Origin: Camelus dromedarius | Lineage: Eukaryota | NCBI RefSeq assembly: GCF_036321535.1 | Contig: NC_087436.1 | Location: 23,066,001 to 23,130,000, forward strand | Direction: 5' to 3' | Length of the DNA stretch: 64,000 nt | In this document: in pieces, positions 38,480 through 50,963 of the stretch | Layout: every line of letters starts with the position of its first letter | How positions within the stretch are numbered: position 1 is the stretch's first letter | Notes under the pieces: generated by a model | What the model was told of the DNA's origin: nothing | The model's input: the letters and a program-made list of their open reading frames with translations, nothing else | The model's database searches: none | Translations under genes and position numbers: made by a program

Positions 38480-40270
38480 ATTTCTTAAATGGGAAAATGT
38501 ATAAATAAATAGAGATAATATGTACATAATATGTCTTAAAAGAATCAAAGAACTGACAAGATAGTAAGGACTTACTAGGCCTATGATGAAGGGAAATCAG
38601 GATCTCAGAGGATCAAAGAAAGACAGAAGTATCTTTCGATCTGGGAGTATTCATTCTAAAAGTATTGGATTTTCATTTTAATGACTTTCTGGAGAGAGGA
38701 AGAGAGACGTCAAAGCCCAGAGACCTCATAAAACAGGAGGTCTAATAGGAGATTCACCCCATAATAATCTAGACCACAAAGGGCTGTAAACTCACATTGA
38801 CCTATCCTGGCACAGAGTTGCCTGCTGCCCAGTTAAACTTTCCTGCGTCTGTTTTACTTTCCAAGAAATTTTAAGTCTTGAATTTGGGTTGGAGTGGTCT
38901 TAAACTGATAGTACTTTCAAGTGCCTGCCAGAATCAAATGTGAATCCTTTATAGGAAAAGCCAATTTCCTATTAGGCCTCTGATAATGCATCCAATAAAT
39001 TTTTCAAATTCAAGAATAACTCAGAGATAACCAGATACATAATGAAAGTAAATGCCATAAGTGATATCCAGCGGCAACTATAGACTACAGAAACGAAATT
39101 GCAAAGACTTCAAATCTTGGAATTATATAATCTAATATATAGTGTAATTATATCATTATACATTAAGTAACAATGTTTAAATTTTTGTTTAAAAATGAAT
39201 CACCTCTGATGGGAAAGAGAAACTATAAACAGATTTATAGTTTTATACTTAAAAAGGTTAAAACAGACTTTTTCAAGAATCAAATGTAACTATTAGAAAT
39301 AAGAAATAAAATAACTAAAATTGTTGTCTACCATATTAATAGACTAGAGAAAAAAGTATATAAATATATCAATTGATACAGATGAAGGATTTAACAAAAT
39401 TTAATACCCACCCATGATTTTAAAAAGGAAACGCCCATAAAAACAAGAACAAAAGGGAATTTTCTCAACCTGATAAAGATCATCTACAGAATGCTTACAG
39501 CTCACATTATACTTAAAGTTGAAAGACTGAAAGCTTTTTCCATAAGCCTGAGAACAAAGTAAGGATGCTTACTCCCATCTCTCTTATGCAACTTAATGCT
39601 AGAAGTTCTAGCTAATGCTGTAAATCAAAAGCACAGAAATAAGAAAGGGAGAAATAAACTCTGTTTGCAGATGCCAAGATTACATAGAAAACCTTAAGGA
39701 ATCTACAAAAAACTCTTAGAACTAATGAGTGATTTCAGTAAGGTCATAAGTAACAAGATCAACATACAAAAATCAATTGTATTTCTATATGTTAGCAATG
39801 AACACATGGACAGTGAAATTAAAATACAATTTCATTGACAATCACACACACAAAAGGAAATACAATTGACCCATGGACAAGCAGGGTTTAGAGGCTCCAA
39901 CCCCCTAGGCAATTGAAAATCCCCATATAATTTTACGGTTGGCCCTCCGTATCTGTAATTCCACATCCACAGATTCAAACAACCACGGATCATGTAGTAC
40001 TATGGTACGTATTTATTGAAAAAAAAATCAATGTATAAGTGGATCCATGCAATTTAAACTTGTGCTGTTCAAGGGTCAAATGTATTTAATACAGTTATTA
40101 TATATATGTGTTATAAATATAACAAAACATGTACAAGACTGACTTATATACTACAAACTACAAAATGCTGATGAAAGAAATTGAAGAAGTTCCAAAAACA
40201 AAAACTTGTTAGGAGAAACCTATCAAGTTCATGGACAGGTGGACTCAACATAGGAAAGATGTTTAAATAT
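38480..40270 (+). mobile_element. Old L1M fragments (ORF1/ORF2 region)
   Basis: tatcaattgatacag...ctcaacctgataaa...ctgtttgcagatg...aagatcaacatacaaaaatcaattgtatttctatat (RT region), degraded. Confidence 0.7.
39863..40082. mobile_element. Tigger2-type non-autonomous Tc1/mariner element (220 bp)
   Basis: TIRs caattgacccatggaca / tgttcaagggtcaaatg flanked by TA dinucleotides, inserted in the L1. Confidence 0.75.
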
Positions 40271-40382
40271 AAATAAATAAATAGGTAAAACTTGCTGTCT
40301 GAAAAAGTGCTTTTTTTTTTTTAAAGCTTTAGGTAAAATCTAGAACTAAAATTCCAAATGATACAAACAATGGAGTGGGAGG

Positions 40383-40895
40383 GTATCCTGGTTGTCTCTG
40401 GTCATGTAATCAACTTCCTTAAAATTCAGGACTTTAAAAACATTCATTTTATTTTACTTTGAATTTTTTGGGATGGAAATTCAAGGAGGGCTGAGCTGGG
40501 TGCTTTGTCTCTGATCCACGTGGCACCATCTGGAGTGGCCAGGACCAGAGCGTCCACTTCCCGATGGCTCCTGCCCTCACTCTCTGGTGCCCTGATGCTC
40601 CTTGGCCTCTTGCTCTGCAGGCTGTCTCTTCTTCAGGGCCTCGCCATACATCTAGGGCTTCTCACAGCACCACAGTCTCGGGTAGTTGCACTTCCTACAT
40701 GATGGTTTGAAGAGGCAGGAAGCAGCTGTCAGAACAGTTAAGGGCTACCCGGAACATATGTCACTCCTACCCTATTCAATTGGTCAAAGTTACAGAGCCT
40801 TCCCAGATTCAAGGTGGTAGAGAAACAGACTCCAACTCTTGATGCAATGGGAGATAGCACTGAGATAGCATTGTGGCGATCCTTGGGAAATACAG
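40383..40895. mobile_element. MaLR LTR (old MLT1)
   Basis: gggcttctcacagca...ccagattcaaggtggtagagaaacagactccaactcttgatg. Confidence 0.65.
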
Positions 40896-41445
40896 TCTGC
40901 CCCAAAGGGGAGCGGGGGAGTGGAGTAGATACTAAACTTCTTGTTTGGGAGAGGTTCTTATTGTTTAAATGTAGAACTATTAAGGGAAAAAGTTGATATA
41001 TGTATTAATAATTCAAGGATAATGCCTCGAAGAATAGAATGAAAATGGAGTAACTTTAACACTGTTACAGAAGAAAAGAATTGAACAAAGAAAACAACCC
41101 AATGGAAGGTAGAAAACAGAAGAATTAGAAATAAAGAGAAAGCTCGGTAAATAGGATGGCAAAAAGAAATCCACATGTCAATAATCACAATAAATACAAA
41201 TAAAACCCAAAGATCCTCAATGTTATGTTATTTACAAGAGATATACAAATTTAATACAGAAAGGTTCATAACCAAGAGGAAAAGAAAAAAAGATTGATCA
41301 GGCAAAGTTTACCAAAAGATTGTAATATACTTAATAAATACCATAAAAGATAGAAATTCATACGAAGACATTAAAAAAGACAAAGTGGGACATTTCATAC
41401 AAGAAAGAGAATAAAGCAACAGAAGATACAAGATATGAACTTGTA

Positions 41446-41590
41446 GTGGGTGAGGGCATAGCTCAGCCGTAGAACATGTGCTTAGCATGCACGATGTCCT
41501 GGGTTCAATCCCCAGTACCTCCATCACAATAAATAAATAAATAATAAGATAGCTAACTAATTAATTGATAATAAAATAAATAAATAATAA
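41446..41590 (+). mobile_element. tRNA-derived SINE (camelid Vic-1-like)
   Basis: GGGCATAGCTCAGCCGTAGAACATGTGCTTAGCATGCACGATGTCCTGGGTTCAATCCCC plus a (TAAA)n tail. Confidence 0.85.
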
Positions 41591-41595
41591 GACTG

Positions 41596-41970
41596 TCTAC
41601 CCTCATTTTGGTCAGGATAAGCTAGTCTACATCGTCTAACAAACAACACTAAAATGTCAACGGCTCAACACAGCAAATGTTTATTTGTCATTCACATTAC
41701 ACGCTCAGCGTGAGTTTGTGAGGAACTTGGGTCCAACAAACACTCCAGCCAATGAAGGTTCACCATTTGTAGATCCACATTCTGTAACACACCTTCAGTC
41801 AGGCAAAGAATTGCCGGTTGGGAAGGTCGCATACCAACTCTAAGTGGCACACGTCACTTGACTCATAGTCCCTTGATTAGAACTTATAACAAGAACATAC
41901 CCAATTGCAAGGGGGCCAGGAAAATGTAGACAGATTGGTATCTGGTGAGCTAGAGATGGCTGTGCCACAC
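41596..41970. mobile_element. MaLR LTR (old MLT1)
   Basis: gtcaggataagctag...taacaaacaacactaaaatgtcaacggctcaacacagcaaatgtttatttg. Confidence 0.55.
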
Positions 41971-43291
41971 CACTGACACGATGCCACAATCCCTAACCAC
42001 AGAGCCTGTCAGGAAAAAAATTACAAAGGATTATAAAGAAAAAAATGAAACTCCACTAGGTGAAGATCTCAGCACACATCTCAGTGACCAAACTAAAAAT
42101 AATGCTGTGCCTGAAGTTCCTTCATTAGAGAATAACTCTTTTGAGTCTTGAAACCGTAGATATCCAGTAGTTTTCTATTAAAATCCATTGGGATCACATA
42201 GGATGGAGGACAGGAAGGGGTAGATATGGTTATCAGATCCCGTCCGTCTGAAAGCAAGACCCAGTGGGAGGAGGTTATATAGGATGGGGAAGTGTGGGTG
42301 GCAGAGAGGGTGCTAGGGAGAAGGGAGAGAGCTGTACAACAGACGGGGACAGGGCAAAGAAAGAGGGAAAAGCACATGTATTGCTTTTAGCCAAAGTCAT
42401 CTAACAGGAGATAGAAGGAATATCAAAAAGCAAAAGGAGGAGATGGGAGCAGAAGCATTAAGCAGTGTGATTAAGAGGTAAGCTTACTTTCTATAACTGC
42501 TATGAGCAGTTGTAACCGTGGCAACCACAGCCAGTAAGAATCATTACCTGTGACCGCCTTAGTTTAGGTGGGAGGCTGTGAAGGGGTGAATTGCCAGGGA
42601 ATGGTTGGTTTCCCGACATGTTTACTTTTTGCTGGAATAGGAGCAGAAAGCTCCAATATAATTAAAATCACTAATATGCTTTTCATTATAAAAAAAATAC
42701 ATAATTATACCAAGGACTGAAGGAAGCCAATACCAAAATAGGTGATCTCTTAGGAATGCCCTGCCTCCCAGCTTACATTAAACTTCTGTGTTCATTATCT
42801 CACTTGAGCCTTATAACAAATTGGAGAAATATGTTTGTTTATCTACTTATGTACAGTTATGTGTTATTCCAGAAAGGATTTAAGAGCAATTAAAGAAATT
42901 CATAAACTACAGCAAAACATCAGAAAATAAGTGGAAGAGATGGGATATTGTTAAATAAGAGGTACAAATTATGAAACACCATGACCCAATTTATACACAC
43001 ACATCAGACTCTTAGCAATGTTATGATTAGTGAAATTATGGGTGTTTTTCATTTTTTCTTTATACTTTTTTCTTTCCCAATGTTTGATAAATAAATGATT
43101 AGTTTTGTAATGAAATGAAAAATCACATTTCATAAAATGATGATAAAAGTGAAAATAAAGAAAAATAAGGATGAAGGAAAAAATACTTTTTCATAGTTTT
43201 TCGAAGGATAAAAATACGGAGTTAGGGATAAAACAAATTTAAATGTATACCAAACACATGCATATGTTTGCTAGAGGAGATCACAAATTAA

Positions 43292-43399
43292 GTTTTGTTT
43301 AATTTTAAAAAAACTTTGTAATGGAGGTACTGGAGATTGAACCCAGGACCTTGTGCATGCTAAGCATATGCTCTCCGTTGAACTATACCTCCACCCCCC
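43292..43399 (-). mobile_element. tRNA-derived SINE (camelid Vic-1-like)
   Basis: Reverse-strand copy of the same consensus (gattgaacccaggaccttgtgcatgctaagc). Confidence 0.85.
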
Positions 43400-43521
43400 A
43401 TCGAATTAAATTTTAACCTATAAAGGAAGGGAAACCTGGTTAGTTATGTAATTCACATTGTCCATACATAAATCCTAGTCAATTGCTCAGAAGTACAACT
43501 GTTTTCAATGTTAAAGATGGT

Positions 43522-43644
43522 GGAGGGGGAGGGTATAGCCCAGTGGTAAAGAGTGTGTTTAGCATGCATGAGGTCCTGGGTTCAATCTCCAGAACCTCCA
43601 TTAAAGTAAATAAACCTAAGTGCCTCCCCTCCAAAAAAAAATTT
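43522..43644 (+). mobile_element. tRNA-derived SINE (camelid Vic-1-like)
   Basis: Same consensus, with a perfect 11-bp TSD ttaaagatggt at 43511-43521 and 43645-43655. Confidence 0.9.
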
Positions 43645-44277
43645 TTAAAGATGGTTAGAAACAGCTCTCAAGAAATATTATAAACAGTATCCTTGCAAAG
43701 GACACAGACTTAGGTATAGTAACTTACCCAAGGTGAAGCAGGTTCTAAGTGTCATCCTGCCTCCACAGGTTGCAGCATCCTTTCCCTGCCCTTACAGTCC
43801 AAGAACAAATGGCATTAGCTTCTGCTTTCAAATGACAGTGTTGACAATCCAGACAAGCAAAAGGGGAAGACAAGGAAGGCCAAGTTACCTGGGGTTCCAC
43901 ACACTGACTACAAGCCCCTAATTAGCTGATTTGATGGTGTGTAACACAGAGAGAAAACTTCCTTGAATATTCAGGGGTGAGGAAGCAAGCCTCCAAAATT
44001 TCCATCTGTGCCCCTCATTTAAAACCTCCTTCAGTGACTGATCATACTTTTCGTCTGCTCTTTGGTGGCAATTTAAGAAGGCTGCATTTCAAAATGCAGC
44101 AATAGGAGTACTACTGCATTTTTTTAAGCAGAATTAACTGCTTCTAACCTGTTTCACATTTTGGTGTACCTAGGGATGCTTTAAAATTTAAACAAAAAAA
44201 ATGTAATGCTGGCTATTTCATGAACCTATACTTATTTTTAAGTATAGGTTATTTATTATACTTATTATACTTATTTT

Positions 44278-44786
44278 GTAGTAGAATATATTTTCCAAGA
44301 TGTTCACAACAATATACACCCAATCCCAATCTACTTAACGATGAGACATTTGATACTTTGGGACCAGTGGAATTGCTTCAACTGACTGGATGCAAAGGAA
44401 GTTGTGTTATATGACTTCAAAGACTAAGTCATAACAGACAATTCAGCCTCTGGAAGCCCTGAGCCAATATGCATGAAGGAGGGCTGTCTTGAAGCCATTG
44501 TGTAGAGAGAGTGTACAGAGATAGAGAGGGTGATGCCCGGGGAGCCCCAGATGTTGCCCATAGCTGTTCTTGTCTCCTCAGCCCAGGGGCACCAGCCATC
44601 TAAGTAAGAAAGGTTTCAGATGAATCCAGCTCATAGTCTTTAAGCTGCCTAGCAAAGATGACCTGTTCTTACCAAACCTTGCAAGATTTTTTGCAGATTT
44701 TTTGCTCTGCAGAGCAAAAGAATGTTATTCATCTAAGCCACTATGTTTGGGGATAATTTGTTATGCAGGAGTGGATAACTAATACA
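44278..44786 (+). mobile_element. MaLR LTR (MLT1F/G/H-like)
   Basis: TG...ctaagccactatgtttggggataatttgttatgcag...gataactaataCA terminus. Confidence 0.75.
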
Positions 44787-45745
44787 ATCTTGTACTTATT
44801 TAAAGGAACTTTTTGGAATCAGAGACAACAAGTGAAAAAGAGGAGTATGGGGTGGAATCCAGAAGGGGTGTGAAAAAATTAATTATGGCAGATTAAAAAC
44901 TGACAGATACGAGGTGACTTAAATTTGAGGGGAGACCTCAGTGCAGATCCTGCTGGAGTTGCCATGGTGAGAGAGCAGAGGACAACCCATCCCTGCCGGC
45001 TGAGGTGGTTCATTGGCCAGAAAGTTTGTGCAGGACGCCAGATGTAGGGCTGGAGACCTGCAGGCAAACCTGCCGATGTCTCTGATGGGTGGCTGAGCTC
45101 ATTTCATAGTCACTCTCACAGTAAGGACTCAACTTACCTAGACCACGTCCCTGGGTCCCAGTTGTACCACACATATCGCTGCCTCCTGCTTCGAGTAGAT
45201 GGAAATTTGCCCCTGTCGCCAATTTCTCCGCCCCTTGGTCTCTTACCTGGATGCTACTACTCACCCCATTCTCCATCTGATTTTATTCTGAGTTACATTC
45301 CTAGTCTTCTTGTCTGTCTAGGCCACAATTGTTGATAGTTAACAGCTATAATTTGTTTGTATGTGTCTCTCAACCTGTGCCAGGTCTCCGGTCTTAGGTG
45401 GGGACAAGTGCACTTTTAGAGACTGTGACAGTTTTCGAGGCTGAGGTAGAGGTACTTCGAAGCAGGTGTGATGGCTTCCACTGAAGTGGGAAGCACTCTC
45501 TCCTTCCTGGAAGATTTGTTATTCTCTGAACACAGGTCAAAGCTTTACAAGCTTGGTCCTTCCCACAGACTCGGTGCAACTGACACATGGATTGTCTCAT
45601 ACACTCATCGAAGCACAGGATCGTAAATTGTTTACGAGGAGAAGGAAATGGAAGTTTTCCAGAACTTGTTTGCAGAGAATCTTCAGTAGGACGGAACCAG
45701 ACCAAACTAGCCATGTTCCCAAGACATCAAGGAAATGCCAGCTAC

Positions 45746-46443
45746 CCCAAACGGCGACGTGGGAGAAGACAGCTGGGTCAGGGAAGGGCAGCTACAAAGC
45801 TCAGTCAGGCCTGGTTTCAAGATTTCTAAAGGCATACGCTCTCTTTTTTAAATGCAGTGACCTCTCTTGGTCAGCTTCTCATTCATACACACTGTCGCCT
45901 TTTCAGAGATCTTCCCTGTGTTAGAAGGCAGTGCTACACACAGAGAAAACTTTGTTTCATCTCTGTGTGTTTCTGCCATCAGGAGGGCCTCCTTTCTTCT
46001 GGAAACTCAATTGTTGCCATGTTGCTAATTACTATTATTTCTTACCCCCAGCCAGCTCTGCCAGGTTCAAAAAATGTGCGGCTTGTTGCAGATTCTCTGA
46101 GAGCTCAGCCTGATCTGCTTTACATGCTGAAGAACTCGCAAAACCCTAAAGGAAGCCCAGGATGTAAACACACCCAGAATAGTATCTCAGACATTCTTCT
46201 TCCTTGTATAAATCCCTTGATGACTTCTTTGCATGTGGCTGCAACTTCAAGCACGAGGTCTTGCTCAAATGTGTGTCAAAGTACTAGAGGTTCATGTTCA
46301 GTGGCGATATCCTTACAGTTGAGCATAAATCTGCATGTAGCGCCACCTTCTAACACTGGGGAAATCTCTGAAAAGGCACTGAAACCAGGCCTGACTGAGC
46401 ATTGGAGCTGCCCTCCCTGACTTCTCCCATGTCGCTGTTTGGG
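45746..46443. repeat. Dispersed inverted repeat (~112-bp arms, ~385-bp spacer)
   Basis: 45746-45819 plus 45897-45944 align to the reverse complement of 46330-46443, with a perfect 21-nt core gctcagtcaggcctggtttca. Confidence 0.85.
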
Positions 46444-47009
46444 CTCCCGGCCTCCCCCAGACCAACCAACTCAGCCAGGATGCTGAGTCAGCCGTGTGCC
46501 AGATTCCAGGGCCGATCTGGGAGCCTGAGGATGCCCCGCCCCCACTAGCACGTTCCACACTGACTGAGGCTACCCCATCAATCCATTTGCTCCAACTCGT
46601 ATTTATTTGATGCTCATGTGCCCCTATTACTGAGCAGAAAAGTTTAAAAAAAAACAACACTTCTCCGAATTTGAACCATGGGAAGACAGGTAAGGTCTGT
46701 ATGCAAATATTTGCAGAACAGTTCAAAAAAGAATGTGGTGAGTTCTACAATGGAGTTAATATTTAAACACTAAAATTTACTCAAGGAAAAACATCACAGG
46801 ACCCCAAGTTTCCTTGATTAATCACAACTGTGAGTTTTGTTTGTTTGCTCATTGGTTTGTTCGCATGCCTCGTCCCTACCAAACATGCATGAGGGCAACT
46901 GCTTTGTTCACTAATATATCCTTAGTTATAACACAAAATTTGCTAATTAAAAAAGAAGAAATGAAAAGAGGGAAGGAATGAGGAGAGAAAGAGAAACAGA
47001 TGGGAGGAA

Positions 47010-47235
47010 GGCAGCATATCTAGCAGTTAAAACTCCCCATCTACAGGCTGCCACGATTAAATCCCAACTCTGTGAGGTATGGCTGTGTGACCCTAAGCAA
47101 GTTGCTTAACCTCTCTGTGCCTTTGTTTCTTCATCTTGAAAATGGGGGAAATAATAATACCTGCCTCATCGAGTTGAACAAAGAAAACTGAGTTAGTACT
47201 GTGGCTTTAGAACAGTGTTTGAACAGTATAAGCAT
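47010..47235 (+). mobile_element. MIR SINE
   Basis: gctgtgtgaccctaagcaagttgcttaacctctctgtgcctttgtttcttcatcttgaaaatggg core. Confidence 0.75.
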
Positions 47236-48010
47236 TCCTTGAATTTTAGAAACCATAAGCAAAGGAAATATTCATTGGCAACAATTATAAAACGATTATT
47301 GGGAGTGTTGCTATTTTAGATGTTACTTGAAAAATAGATTGGAATTAAATAATAGTAAAGGTTAGGAAAAGGCCACTTATAGCTAGTATATAATAGGACA
47401 TAATCAGAAAATTACAGGACCAAATATTTGCAAGGCTGTCGGAGGAGAGAGCTTGGAAAGTCAACTGTGGCCAGATCATGGAAGGCCTTAAATAGTCCAC
47501 TAAGGTACTTGTACTTAGTTATGTCGGCAGCATAGATGCATCACCAGGTTTTGAAGAACATGATCCTTTCTCCACTTTACGGAAACAAATCTACTGGTGG
47601 TATGAAATGTAGCCTGCGGCTGGTAGGGGGTGGGGGGGAAGGAGAGAGGGGAGCAGGGGGGTGAGTTGAGGGGGAACGTAGGGAGGTTGGCTAAACCACG
47701 ACACTGAAATAGTGTTGGCAAGAAGACCTGAAATAGAGCAAGAATGGGATCAGAGGGGACAGATGTATTGGAGAGCTTTCTTGGGGGTCCCAATCTATAG
47801 ATCTTGGCAACTGTTCTGATGCTGTGTGTTTGGAGGGAAGATCAGAGAGTCAGGACAGAGGGGCTGAAACCACCAGAGCAAGGAATGGGAATCCCAGAAC
47901 TCTGGCCAGATCATGTCTGCCATGAAGAGAGCAGGTTCACCGGCATGGACGCCACTCCAGGAGTCTCCCAGGACACCCTCATCCAGGCAAGTTAGGACCC
48001 CACTGAGTGC

Positions 48011-48011
<1 letters not shown>

Positions 48012-48053
<42 letters not shown>

Positions 48054-48056
48054 CAC
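48012..48056. repeat. (TG)n(CG)n compound microsatellite
   Basis: Read directly. Confidence 0.95.
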
Positions 48057-48361
48057 CTGTCTGTCTGTATCTGTAACACCCACACTGCCATGGAGTTTTA
48101 GGATGTTTCACTAGGAATTCCTTGGGGATGAGGACTGCCTTTTTCATGCTGTATTTTTACTTACCGGCTCAAAAGTGCTCTGTTGCTGTTTCCTGATGAG
48201 TTTAAAGAGGATAAAGACAAAGCCATCAAACAGTCCCATTAGAAGTGTTGAATGAGATAGTGTATAAAATGCACTTTGTATGATGCCCAGCACATTGTAA
48301 TCATTCAGTAACCATTGGCCAATATGACTCCAAAAGCCAATACATAATGCATTTCTGAATC

Positions 48362-48847
48362 TGTTACCAACCAGTGTTCTTAGACCCCCTTAATCAATAG
48401 AAATTGATAAGATGCTGGAAGAGAAATTCAAGCAAAGCTTTACTGGGACTCGTCCTGTAGCATGAGGGAACGAAAACAAGTAACAGGTTCCTTTGCTTGC
48501 TCCCCGAGTGGTGGCAAGCTTAAATGGGGTGAGGGTAAGGGCAGATCTATGGTTTAGGCAGGAGGGGTGATGTAGGTGGTGTTCCCACCCCCTTGGCGGT
48601 GCTGTGTGCAGGGATCATGCCCAGTTACCCTGCTTTTGCTCCCCACACCTCAGAAATGCATTTGGGTTTTGGGTCTTTTTGTATCTTGTTCATAATTTGC
48701 CCCAACTGCCTATGTACAGTTATTCTTTTGTGTGTCCCTTATAGTTTCTTTATGTTCTGTTGCTTGAGGAGACAGATGCAAGCACTGCAGCAAAGGGTCC
48801 CAGGTCCCAGGTCCCAGGTCCCAGGTCCCAGGTCCCAGCCTGTCTCA
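48362..48847 (-). mobile_element. ERV solo LTR (ERV1-like) containing a (GGTCCCA)n array
   Basis: TG...CA termini, near-matching 4-bp flanks (aatc/aaac) and an AGTAAA-like poly(A) signal on the minus strand. Confidence 0.65.
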
Positions 48848-49231
48848 AAACCAAACAAGTTAATGACAAAGAAATTTACAGCTGAACTGGAATTGGAGGT
48901 CACGCATGTGTCCACAGGTAGAGGGATGTGCATATGGGGAAAAATCAAACAGCACTCAAGAAAGAACAAGAACTACACTGCACACTAGAGGGATCTCAAA
49001 AAGATAATATTGAGGGAAAAAAATAAGAAACAGAAAGGTTTTATGGCACAATATCATACTTTAAACACTATTTTTTTAATATTAAAAGATAACAACACAA
49101 ACATTTGAATATATAAGGCTATAAGTATATAATAAATGTTTGAAAGGTGGATTTGGATTGGAAGAAAATACATTAAATACGCCGAGGTGCTCAATAAGCA
49201 AAGGGCAATCATAGGAGTGTAAACGGGAGAC

Positions 49232-49731
49232 TGTGCTGGCTGGGAAATTCTGCCCTCCAAAGGTTTCAGATCCTAATCCCCAGAACCTATTAAGTGTTAC
49301 TTTATTTGAAAAAAAAGGAGTCTTTCCAGATGGGATTAAGTGCAAGATTTTGAGATGGGAAATTATCCTGGATTATTCAGGTGGGCCCTAAATGCCATCC
49401 CAAGTGTTCTTCTGTCAGAAAAGGCAGAGAGAGATTTGACACACAGAGGAGGAGGTGATAGGAAGATGGAGCAGAGAGAGATCCAAAGATGCTGACCTCG
49501 AAGAATGGAGTGATGTGGCCACAGGCCGAGGAATGCCAATAGCCACCAGAAGCTGGAAGAGGCTCTCTTAAAGTTTCCAGAGAGAATGGGACCTTCACGA
49601 TGACTTGTTTTCAACCCAGTGATAGGGATTTAGGGCTTCTGGCCCCTAGAGCTGTAAGAGAATAAATCTCTGTTGTTTTAAGCCACTAAATTTGTGCTAA
49701 TTTGTTTCAGCAGCCACAGGAGACTAATACA
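49232..49731 (+). mobile_element. MaLR LTR (MLT1C/D-like), full length
   Basis: gagatgggaaattatcctggattattcaggtgggccctaaatgcc...aataaatctctgttgttttaagccactaaatttgtg...ctaataCA. Confidence 0.85.
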
Positions 49732-50449
49732 GACATGAAGGCGGAAAACTGTAAGATAAAATAAAATAAAGAAAATGCCTCACATGGATGTATGATTACA
49801 GATTGCTGTTAACTGAGGCATGAAGACCACCTACATCCTAAAAGAACAACAAAACAAACAAAAAATAAGCAAGAGTCACATAAAACACCATTGCTAATTA
49901 CATACCAAAATTTATTTAAATATTCCTCTTAAGATGTCCATAGGTGGTTTCAAATGTTTCCTTTAAAACTTATTAAACATAGTCAGGTGGAACAACTACA
50001 TACATCTAGATTCTAAGCCACAAAGGAGGAAATGCAACAGATTAGCAAATGTGGAAAAAATGCTTTTAAATGCAGTTTAAAACAATAATAAAATTTCATT
50101 TTTTTCAATCAAAGTGACCAAGTTTTTTAATTCATTATAAATTTTTAATTTCTTTTCTTCACACTTTATTTTAAGCCTGTGGGTTTTTTTGGTTTTTTTT
50201 TTCCCCCACTTTGCAATTTATCTTCCTAAACATGACTTTGTCTTCTCCAAGCACTTCTGGCTACCTAAAGAGAGCTCCCACTCACTGCGATAGGAGTTCT
50301 GATCTCCATTCAGATTTATCCGGCAGGAAAGCACACTCTTCCTTCTCACACTCTTCTTACAGGAGGACACATGTCTGCCTCATTTCTGGGTCCTGTCTCA
50401 TTCCAAAAAACTAATAATAATAATAATAAAAGAAGGGAATTATTGATAA

Positions 50450-50575
50450 GGCAAAGAAAAGAGGCGAGAATCTGAAAAAGAATATAAATATGTAGATGTA
50501 TACTTGAATCACTTTGCTGTACACCTGAAACTAACACAACATTGTAAATCAACTATACTCCAATTTTCAAAAAAT
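50450..50575 (+). mobile_element. LINE-1 extreme 3' end
   Basis: gaatcactttgctgtacacctgaaactaacacaacattgtaaatcaactatactcc. Confidence 0.8.
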
Positions 50576-50963
50576 CCTAATTATAAATCTTCTTATAGAA
50601 CATAAATCAGAATTTAATCATCGAAACTAATTTTAAAATATTGTTATAAGTACTAAATATTGGAATTGACATCACCTTTAGCTTTCGTTACATTTGGTCA
50701 CCTAAATCCGTTTCCTGAACTTTCAAATTTACTTTCACTATTTTTGTTTGTTGGACTTGTTCCTATCAATTATCTTACCCTTGCTGAATTCATGAAAGAA
50801 ATAAACATGTTAAATATTCCAAAAATAAAAATAAAATCCAAAAAAATTAAAAAACAAAAGATGTACACCTGGAGTTCTGCTAAGGTGTGGTGAATCGTAC
50901 CAGGAGCAAGTCTGGACCTCAAACATCTTTTTCCTTCATTCCTTTATTACCTTTTTGTGACTT

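Noticed and set aside
45133..45276. Three strong minus-strand donor motifs (gtgagt, gtaaga, gtaagt) within an 88-aa ORF
   Set aside because: No convincing polypyrimidine acceptor upstream, and the peptide is not recognisably protein-like.
45857..46420. 187-aa plus-strand ORF
   Set aside because: No recognisable family. It spans the inverted-repeat arms and is better explained as a shadow or chance frame.
48797..48838. Short direct-repeat array resembling CRISPR or iterons
   Set aside because: 7-bp units with no spacers, inside an LTR in mammalian DNA.
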